From the IMG/VR virus record IMGVR_UViG_3300050343_000159: 64,000 bases of DNA, one strand, 5' to 3'. The position numbers and the translations under genes are program-made. Source of the stretch: a virus. Lineage: Duplodnaviria; Caudoviricetes. Shown piece after piece: positions 57,266 to 64,000 of the stretch. Position 1 is the first letter of the stretch. Each line of letters begins with the position of its first letter. A model generated the notes under the pieces. That model was not told where the DNA came from. It made no database searches and worked only from the letters and a program-made list of their open reading frames with translations.

Positions 57266-58961
57266 GAAGGTAAGATGGCGGAACTTTTTAAGTACCGGCA
57301 ACCAATTTACAGAAATACAATTGAATGAATCACAATCTACAATGATTGTAGGAACCAACGGGGCCGGGAAATCTACGATTTTGGATGCTCTGTGTTTCTC
57401 TCTGTATGGTAAGGCATTCAGGAAGATCAAGAAGGATCAACTAATCAATACTACCAACGAGAAAGGTGCGGTAGTTGAGATTGAGTTTAATGTCAATAAA
57501 GTTGATTGGAAGATTGAAAGGGGAATCAAACCAAACACATTCAAGATCTGGCGTAATGGTGAAGAACTAGATCAAAAAGCATCTGCCATTGATCAACAGA
57601 AGTGGTTAGAACAAAATGTATTGAAGATGAACTATAAGAGTTTCACACAGATTGTGATTCTAGGTAGTAGTTCGTTTGTACCATTCATGCAACTCCCTGC
57701 AACCAGTAGGAGAGAAGTAGTAGAAGATTTGTTGGATATTAAGATCTTTTCTTCTATGAATGTATTAATCAAAGATAAGATTCGTAGTCTGAAAGAAAGT
57801 ATTAGAACTCTAGAACTAAAGAAAGAGTCACTCAATGATAAGGTTCGGATGCAAAAGAACTTTATTGATGAGCTAGAAACTCGTAGTCAGGATGATATCA
57901 AACAGAAAGAATATAAGATTGGGGAACTTCTAAACGAAGAGAATAGTTATATGGGTAGTAATGAGAACCTGAACCGGGAACTTGTTACACTACAGGATGA
58001 ACTCAAAGACTACTCTGACACTGGTAAGAAACTTCGTGAGTTTGGTAACATCAAAGGTAAACTATCTCAACGTATCTCTACATTAGTTAAAGACCATAAG
58101 TTTTTTAACGATAATACGGTTTGTCCCACCTGTGATCAGGACATTGAAGATTCGTTTAGGTTAAATAGAATTGAACGCTCTCAAACTAAAGCAAAAGAGT
58201 TGCAGAAGGGTTATGAAGAACTCTTAGTGGCAATTAAAGATGAAGAGAATAGAGAGTCTCACTTCAAGTCCTTATCAGGAGAAATCAGTAAAGTACTTAA
58301 TGGCATTACTTCTAACAACTCTCAGATCACTAGTTGTCAACGGCAGGTTAAATCAATTGAATCAGAAATTCAAACACTTACCAAACAACTTGAAGACCGA
58401 AATACTGAGCACGAAAAGCTTGAACAGTTTAGAGAAACACTCCAAACAACTTATGAAGAGTTAGCTGTTAAGAGAGAAGATATCTCCTACTATGACTTTA
58501 CATATAACCTCTTGAAGGACGGTGGTGTAAAGACAAAGATTATCAAGAAGTATCTTCCACTGATTAATAAACAGGTGAATAAGTATCTCCAGAAGATGGA
58601 GTTCTATATCAACTTCACCTTGGACGAAGAATTCAACGAGACAGTACAGTCTCCTATTCATGAAGACTTTTCCTACTCTTCTTTCTCAGAAGGTGAGAAG
58701 ATGAGGATCGATCTTGCTCTTCTATTCACATGGAGAGAGGTTGCAAGGTATAAGAACTCAGTAAATACCAACCTTCTGATTATGGATGAGGTATTTGATA
58801 GTTCTCTGGATGGTTTTGGTACAGATGAATTCCTTAAAATCATTCGTTATGAGATACAAGATGCTAATATTTTTGTAATCTCTCACAAGGAATCACTATT
58901 TGATAAGTTTCAAAATGTTATTAAGTTTGAGAAATGTAAAGGTTTCTCAAGAAAAGTGTAA
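57252..58961 (+). CDS. g46: Recombination ATPase subunit gp46 (Rad50/SbcC-like)
   Basis: GTNGAGKST, CPTC zinc hook, FSEGEKMRIDLAL signature, LLIMDEVFD, and H-loop ISHK. Confidence 0.97.
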   Translation: MIIFEKVRWRNFLSTGNQFTEIQLNESQSTMIVGTNGAGKSTILDALCFSLYGKAFRKIKKDQLINTTNEKGAVVEIEFNVNKVDWKIERGIKPNTFKIWRNGEELDQKASAIDQQKWLEQNVLKMNYKSFTQIVILGSSSFVPFMQLPATSRREVVEDLLDIKIFSSMNVLIKDKIRSLKESIRTLELKKESLNDKVRMQKNFIDELETRSQDDIKQKEYKIGELLNEENSYMGSNENLNRELVTLQDELKDYSDTGKKLREFGNIKGKLSQRISTLVKDHKFFNDNTVCPTCDQDIEDSFRLNRIERSQTKAKELQKGYEELLVAIKDEENRESHFKSLSGEISKVLNGITSNNSQITSCQRQVKSIESEIQTLTKQLEDRNTEHEKLEQFRETLQTTYEELAVKREDISYYDFTYNLLKDGGVKTKIIKKYLPLINKQVNKYLQKMEFYINFTLDEEFNETVQSPIHEDFSYSSFSEGEKMRIDLALLFTWREVARYKNSVNTNLLIMDEVFDSSLDGFGTDEFLKIIRYEIQDANIFVISHKESLFDKFQNVIKFEKCKGFSRKV

Positions 58962-59029
58962 GAAGATACAAATGTTAGTGAACTAACACAAAGTATACTA
59001 TATAATAAAGATATCATGGGAGAAACATC

Positions 59030-59200
59030 ATGAAAAACTTGGTATCACGTAATGAGCTCGCAACTTGGGAGTGGGATGAAAAAACTACAGGGGAGGAAAA
59101 GTACGATCAAGTGACAGAATACTTTCAATGTATTACTGAGTGCGACATTCCAGATCACGACGCTAAACGATTCTGTAGACACATTTTAACTACTACTTAA
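59030..59200 (+). CDS. Small acidic Cys-containing protein (56 aa, MKNLVSRNELATWEW...YFQCITECD...FCRHIL), absent from the supplied ORF track
   Basis: GGGAG SD upstream and TATAAT at 59001-59006; a hairpin follows the gene. Confidence 0.7.
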   Translation: MKNLVSRNELATWEWDEKTTGEEKYDQVTEYFQCITECDIPDHDAKRFCRHILTTT

Positions 59201-59235
59201 TCATATAAAAACAACTCAGGAGTTGCCTACCAAAG

Positions 59236-59256
59236 AACCCCCCGAAAGGGGGGTTT
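59236..59256 (+). terminator. GC hairpin with GAAA tetraloop, probable terminator
   Basis: AACCCCCC-GAAA-GGGGGGTT 8-bp stem. The T-tract is short on the plus strand; the minus strand reads TTCTTT after the stem. Confidence 0.65.
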
Positions 59257-59343
59257 GGTGTGCCAGTTGTTAAAATGGTAGAACCCTCTCAATAATTTTG
59301 TTACTCACCACTAAAATGCTTTATAAGTGAATGAGACACCACA

Positions 59344-61410
59344 ATGGTAAATTACGAGATCAAGTCACAACTAGCAAAACTCCTGGCTACTGAGGATCTT
59401 GTGGTTGAGAATCGTAATGCTCAAACTGCATCCTTTGATGTTGAGAACAGGGTATTGACTCTACCAATGTGGGAGAAAGCATCAGGAACTGTTTATGATA
59501 TGTTGGTTGGTCATGAGGTAGGTCACGCACTCTTTACTCCTGATGATTGGTCTTGGGAGAAGAGAGTTCCCCGTTCTTTTGTGAATATCACAGAAGATGC
59601 TAGGATTGAGAAACTTATGAAACGTAAGTATCCTGGACTGACTAAAACATTTTACAGAGCATATAAAGATCTATCAGAGGAAGACTTCTTTGAACTGAGT
59701 GATGTGGATATCAATGAGATGAACCTGGCTGATCGTATCAATCTGAAGTATAAGATTGGAAACTGGGTTGATGTTCCATTCACTGATGAAGAAATGGAAC
59801 TGGTTGAATTGGTTGGTAAAAGTGAAACCTTTGGAGAAGCAGTATTTGCAGCAGAAGAAGTATATCGATATACCAAAGAACAACTCAATACACAAACTCC
59901 ACAACCAAATCTTGAAGAAGTAGTGGAGACACCTCAGGGAAATGGTAAAGAGATTGAGCCTGAAGAAACAGAAGAATCTAGTGAACCAACACTCGATACT
60001 CCTGAGATGGAGGGTGAGGATCATAGTGAAGGTGAGTCAATCCAACAACAACCTCAAGAGATAGAACCTGAAGTTACAACTGATGATGTATTCTCAGAGA
60101 ACATATCTGAGTTGAACAGTCGATCAGATCTAACAGGTGGCAACTCTTACTATCAGATTCCTAAGTTGAACTATGATGATGTTGTTGTTCCTAACTCCGA
60201 GATTCATGAGTTGGTTGATGTATATTGGAGAACTTATGTGGACGATGTATTTGAAGAAGCAGACAGTGATTACTCCAAGTTCAAGAAGTCGGCACAGAAA
60301 GAAGTAAACTATCTTGTAAAAGAGTTTGAGTGTAAGAAGTCAGCTGACTCATATGCTAGAACCACTACTTCAAGAACTGGTGTTCTGGATTGTACTAAAC
60401 TTCACACCTACAAATACAACGAAGATCTCTTCAAGAAAGTATCTGTAATTCCTGATGGCAAGAATCATGGTCTAGTCTTTATTCTTGATTGGTCTGGATC
60501 TATGTGTGATTCTCTTCTTGATACAATCAAACAACTCTATAACTTGGTCTGGTTCTGTAGTAAGGTCAATATCCCTTTTGATGTCTATGCTTTCAGTAAC
60601 ACATACAATCGTGGACAACAAGAGTCTAAGTTTCATAATGAGGTAGAGAAAGGTAATTTTGTAGTTGGTGGTGATTTTAAGTTGATGCACTTCTTGAGTA
60701 GTAAGGTAAACAAGAAAACACTTGATAATCAACTACTCAATATCTGGAGAATTTCTCGTCAGTTCCGAGTTTACTCACCCTACAATATTCCATTACAAGT
60801 ATCTCTTTCTGGTACACCTCTGAATGAATCACTGGTAGCTTTACATACTATTCTTCCTAAGTTCAAAAGAGAGAATCAACTTCAAAAAGTTCAGTGTGTG
60901 ATTCTCACTGATGGTGAAGCACATCAACTTTACTACTTTGACTACTACACTGGATACTACGATAAAAAGGAACAGTTAGCTCCCCGTCAGTGTAGAGGTA
61001 TGAGAGGTTATCTTCGCAATCGTAAGACTGGATACACTTATCAGATTGGATATCAGTATTGGGATTTTACTGATATTCTTCTCAAGGATCTCAAACAATC
61101 TTTTCCTGATACGAACTTCATTGGTATTCGACTTGTAGCTCCTCGTGACTTCGCTACCTTCCTTAGGAGGTACGGTTTCCTAAGTGAACTAGATCTCAAG
61201 AAAGCACGTAAGGATAAGAGTTATAATATTCAAGGATCTGGATACGATGCATACTTTGCAATGATCCAAAACTCTCTTTCCTCAGATGCAGAGTTTGAGG
61301 TTGAAGATGAGGCAAGTAAGACTAGAATCAAATCAGCATTCATGAAGTCACTTAAAGCCAAGTCCCTAAATAAGAAGGTTTTAAGTAAGTTTGTGGATTT
61401 GGTTTGTTAA
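59344..61410 (+). CDS. HExxH metallopeptidase-like plus vWA domain protein (CobT-like partner of the AAA ATPase)
   Basis: HEVGHALFT near the N-terminus, an acidic linker, and MIDAS motifs FILDWSGSM, GTPLNE and ILTDGE. Confidence 0.8.
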   Translation: MVNYEIKSQLAKLLATEDLVVENRNAQTASFDVENRVLTLPMWEKASGTVYDMLVGHEVGHALFTPDDWSWEKRVPRSFVNITEDARIEKLMKRKYPGLTKTFYRAYKDLSEEDFFELSDVDINEMNLADRINLKYKIGNWVDVPFTDEEMELVELVGKSETFGEAVFAAEEVYRYTKEQLNTQTPQPNLEEVVETPQGNGKEIEPEETEESSEPTLDTPEMEGEDHSEGESIQQQPQEIEPEVTTDDVFSENISELNSRSDLTGGNSYYQIPKLNYDDVVVPNSEIHELVDVYWRTYVDDVFEEADSDYSKFKKSAQKEVNYLVKEFECKKSADSYARTTTSRTGVLDCTKLHTYKYNEDLFKKVSVIPDGKNHGLVFILDWSGSMCDSLLDTIKQLYNLVWFCSKVNIPFDVYAFSNTYNRGQQESKFHNEVEKGNFVVGGDFKLMHFLSSKVNKKTLDNQLLNIWRISRQFRVYSPYNIPLQVSLSGTPLNESLVALHTILPKFKRENQLQKVQCVILTDGEAHQLYYFDYYTGYYDKKEQLAPRQCRGMRGYLRNRKTGYTYQIGYQYWDFTDILLKDLKQSFPDTNFIGIRLVAPRDFATFLRRYGFLSELDLKKARKDKSYNIQGSGYDAYFAMIQNSLSSDAEFEVEDEASKTRIKSAFMKSLKAKSLNKKVLSKFVDLVC

Positions 61411-61456
61411 TGTTACTCACCTCCAAATTGCTCAATTACTGAAGAACCTTATTATC

Positions 61457-62551
61457 ATGTCTCTGTCTACCGAATACATTGTTTCATCCCTTCAATCACT
61501 TTACGGTGAATCCGTAACCACTGGTGATATTAGAGCCTGGTGTGCAATGAATGGTTGTTCCTATCCAACTGTAACTAAAAAGATTTCTGATTATAAATCA
61601 GGTCGTGGTAAGTGGGAACTTAGTGTTCAAGAAATCAAAGAAGAACTAGAAGAAACATATACATCACCATCGGTAGAAAATCACATCGAGCAAGATCTAG
61701 TCCCATCAAAAGATGATACCTTCGTCCAGTTTGGTAACTTTGTTGATATTAAAAAGATTATTAAGTCCGGTCTATTTTACCCTACATTTATTACGGGTCT
61801 TTCGGGCAACGGTAAGACGTTGGGTGTCGAGCAAGCTTGTGCGGTACTTAAAAGGGAGTTGATTCGTGTCAACATTACCATCGAAACTGACGAAGACGAT
61901 CTTATTGGTGGCTTTCGTCTTGTTAATGGTGAAACTGTTTGGCATAATGGTCCAGTCATCGAAGCTCTGGAACGGGGAGCTGTTCTTCTTCTAGACGAAG
62001 TTGATCTGGCATCTAACAAGATTCTGTGTCTTCAATCTATCCTGGAAGGTAAGGGTGTATTTCTCAAGAAGATTGGTAAGTTTATTCAACCTAAAGATGG
62101 TTTCACTATCATCGCCACAGCAAACACTAAGGGTAAAGGTTCTGAGGATGGTAGGTTCATTGGTACCAACGTTCTCAACGAAGCCTTCCTAGAGAGGTTC
62201 TGTGTAACCTTTGAACAAGAATATCCTACCCCTCAGGTAGAAACCAAGATTCTTGGTCATCTGTGTGATGATAAGAAGTTCTGTAAGCACTTGGCTGACT
62301 GGGCTGATATCATCCGTAAGACCTTCAATGAGGGTGGTATTGATGAGGTTATTAGTACCCGTCGTTTGGTTCACATCGTCAAAGCATATTCAATCTTTAA
62401 TGATAAGACCAAAGCAATTGGAGTTTGTCTCAATCGTTTCGATGATGAGACGAAACAATCTTTTATTGAACTCTATGATAAGGTTGATCTAGAATTTCAA
62501 ATGGACGAATTGGAGGACCAAATGTATGTTGAAGAAACACCTGAATTCTGA
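61457..62551 (+). CDS. cobS: MoxR/CobS-like AAA+ ATPase
   Basis: Walker A GLSGNGKT, Walker B LLLDEVD, ATANTKG and NEAFLERF. Likely ATG at 61457. The symbol follows the usual cyanophage annotation and does not imply a proven cobalamin role. Confidence 0.85.
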   Translation: MSLSTEYIVSSLQSLYGESVTTGDIRAWCAMNGCSYPTVTKKISDYKSGRGKWELSVQEIKEELEETYTSPSVENHIEQDLVPSKDDTFVQFGNFVDIKKIIKSGLFYPTFITGLSGNGKTLGVEQACAVLKRELIRVNITIETDEDDLIGGFRLVNGETVWHNGPVIEALERGAVLLLDEVDLASNKILCLQSILEGKGVFLKKIGKFIQPKDGFTIIATANTKGKGSEDGRFIGTNVLNEAFLERFCVTFEQEYPTPQVETKILGHLCDDKKFCKHLADWADIIRKTFNEGGIDEVISTRRLVHIVKAYSIFNDKTKAIGVCLNRFDDETKQSFIELYDKVDLEFQMDELEDQMYVEETPEF

Positions 62552-62557
62552 TATACT
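62529..62557 (+). promoter_or_regulatory. Host sigma70-type promoter
   Basis: TTGAAG-N17-TATACT with an extended -10 (TG at 62549-62550). Confidence 0.6.
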
Positions 62558-62563
62558 TAAACT

Positions 62564-63076
62564 ATGAACGCATGGTCACTACTTTATGAGGAACTTGACA
62601 TGAGCAACATTGAAGAGGGAAATCCCCAAGAATTTTGGACAGAAGATGGAATCAGTCTAACAGGAAATCCCTATATTACTGGAATTGATACTGGAACTTT
62701 TGTTGGAAGTGGTATCCTAGGAGGAATGGGTGACGATCACATCACCTTTGATGGTCCAGTCAGTATTCCTGATTTTCCTACAACAAAACCACGATGGAAG
62801 TATGATGAGGAGAAGATCCTCTCGGAGTTGTCCGATTATATTTCTGGCACATATAACCAACACTATTCTGCTGGTACTGATAAGGTACAGACACTTGATC
62901 TCATTGAAGCCTGTGGTGACGGTGAATCATTTTGTCGATCTAACATCCTAAAGTACGCCTCTCGATATGATAAGAAAGGTACAGCACGACGTGACATCAT
63001 GAAGATCCTGCATTATGCTGTTCTTCTGTTACACTTCAACGACAAAAACGCACAACGAGAAACCTATCCTCAATGA
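62564..63076 (+). CDS. Hypothetical protein with DUF3310-like C-terminal domain
   Basis: TYNQHY...QTLDLI...FCRSNILKYASRYDKKG...DIMKILHY pattern. Confidence 0.65.
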   Translation: MNAWSLLYEELDMSNIEEGNPQEFWTEDGISLTGNPYITGIDTGTFVGSGILGGMGDDHITFDGPVSIPDFPTTKPRWKYDEEKILSELSDYISGTYNQHYSAGTDKVQTLDLIEACGDGESFCRSNILKYASRYDKKGTARRDIMKILHYAVLLLHFNDKNAQRETYPQ

Positions 63077-63744
63077 CAATGAAACTTTCTGAATCAACCG
63101 TTAATCTTCTCAAGAACTTTAGTTCTATCAATCAATCTATCCTGTTCAAGGAAGGAACTAAACTTCGTACTATTTCGGTTATGAAGAACATCCTGGTTGA
63201 AGCAAATGTAGCTGAGGAGTTCCCACGGGACTTTGGTATCTACGATCTAAACCAGTTCCTTAATGGTTTGTCTCTTCATGCTAACGCTGAACTGAACTTT
63301 GATAATCAGGAATATGTTCTGATCAAAGAAGGTCGTATGAGGAGTAAGTATTTCTTCGCTGATCCTTCTGTGATTGTTGCACCTCCTGAGAAAGAGATTA
63401 CTCTTCCTTCTGAGGATGTTAAGTTTGAACTCACATCACAACAACTAGAGAAACTGAAGAAAGCATCTTCTGTGTATCAACTTCCTGATGTGTCTGTGGT
63501 TGGTGAGGCTGGTGTAATCAAACTGGTTGCACGAGACAAGAAGAATGATACTTCCAATGACTTCAGTATCATTGTTGGTGAGACTGAAGATGAGTTCACA
63601 TTCAACTTCAAAGAAGAGAATCTGAAGATTGTTCCTGGTAACTATGATGTTACAGTATCTTCCAAACTCCTTTCCAAGTTCGTCAATCAGAACATCGACG
63701 TAGTATACTACATTGCATTGGAACCTGATTCTACCTTTGGCTGA
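63073..63744 (+). CDS. g45: DNA polymerase sliding clamp gp45
   Basis: MKLSESTVNLLKNFSSINQSILF, FGIYDLNQFL and YFFADPSVI motifs. Confidence 0.95.
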   Translation: MTMKLSESTVNLLKNFSSINQSILFKEGTKLRTISVMKNILVEANVAEEFPRDFGIYDLNQFLNGLSLHANAELNFDNQEYVLIKEGRMRSKYFFADPSVIVAPPEKEITLPSEDVKFELTSQQLEKLKKASSVYQLPDVSVVGEAGVIKLVARDKKNDTSNDFSIIVGETEDEFTFNFKEENLKIVPGNYDVTVSSKLLSKFVNQNIDVVYYIALEPDSTFG

Positions 63745-64000
63745 TGAACATTTTCGTTACTGACCCTGACCCTATCAAGTCTGCTCAAGTCCTTCCTGAC
63801 AAACACATTGTCAAGATGCCACTTGAGACTTGTCAGATGTTGGCTATTGTCTGTTCTGACAAATGGGGTCATGGGTTTGGTCAACTCCATCGTCAAGATG
63901 GTGAACCATACAAGACAGAGAAAGGTGCATTCCGTAACCATCCCTGTACTGTGTGGGCTAACTCTTTTGTGATGAACTGGCAGTGGCTCCTTCGCCACGG
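63744..64000 (+). CDS. Pyrimidine-dimer glycosylase/DenV-superfamily-like protein, 3'-truncated by the window edge
   Basis: TGATG overlap with g45. MNIFVTDPDP..SAQVLPDKHIVKMPLETCQML and NHPCTVW motifs; open to the window end. Confidence 0.6.
   Translation, partial: MNIFVTDPDPIKSAQVLPDKHIVKMPLETCQMLAIVCSDKWGHGFGQLHRQDGEPYKTEKGAFRNHPCTVWANSFVMNWQWLLRH

Noticed and set aside
58957-58970. Canonical NtcA box
   Set aside because: The spacing is GTA-N6-TAC rather than N8. It is kept only as part of the palindrome finding.
59030-59200. Calling the 56-aa protein CP12
   Set aside because: It lacks the CP12 C-terminal pattern (E.YC...P...EC..YD) and the N-terminal helix signature.
59200-59343. tRNA or structured ncRNA in the largest intergenic gaps (also 55334-55431 and 42898-42980)
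   Set aside because: No cloverleaf, T-loop GTTCRA or CCA end was seen. The hairpin is explained as a terminator.
61457-62551. Cobalamin biosynthesis AMG
   Set aside because: Only generic AAA+ motifs are present and no cobN or other cob genes are in the window; the name is an annotation convention.
10-64000. Alternative genetic code or stop-codon read-through as the cause of ORF fragmentation
   Set aside because: The breaks are frame changes rather than in-frame stops (the g47 insert is the single exception), and all three stop codons end intact core genes normally.

Overview
This 64-kb window is an all-plus-strand piece of a T4-like marine cyanomyovirus genome (Synechococcus/Prochlorococcus phage type). 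The assignment rests on gene order and protein motifs. From left to right it holds: the baseplate module (g25, g6, a roughly 4,000-codon g7-like gene, a g9/g10-headed fibre with a LamG-like domain, g8, a roughly 2,500-codon DUF4815-type structural gene); the neck and tail-end genes (g13, g14, g15); and g16, separated from g17 by a 9.8-kb island of fibre/adhesin-like and unknown genes. Then come g18, g19, g20, g21, g22, g23, g3, uvsY, uvsW, g55, g47, g46, a vWA/HExxH plus MoxR-AAA (cobT/cobS-like) pair, g45 and the start of a denV-like gene. Many NATAAATA late promoters, a few sigma70-type promoters and two hairpins are visible. I saw no tRNA, rRNA, CRISPR array, integrase or transposase. Several essential genes are broken by small indels that fall in patches, which is most simply explained as long-read or low-coverage consensus error, so fragmented ORFs are annotated as single reconstructed genes. 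The best leads are: a Cys-rich 26-codon micro-ORF laid over the g23 terminator and the next late promoter, with a possible alternative RNA fold; a modular basic protein before g17 that looks like a gp21-cleavable polyprotein; an (AB)2 repeat adhesin; and two pairs of repeated upstream DNA motifs at matched distances from start codons. All family names come from my recognition of motifs; no database was searched.
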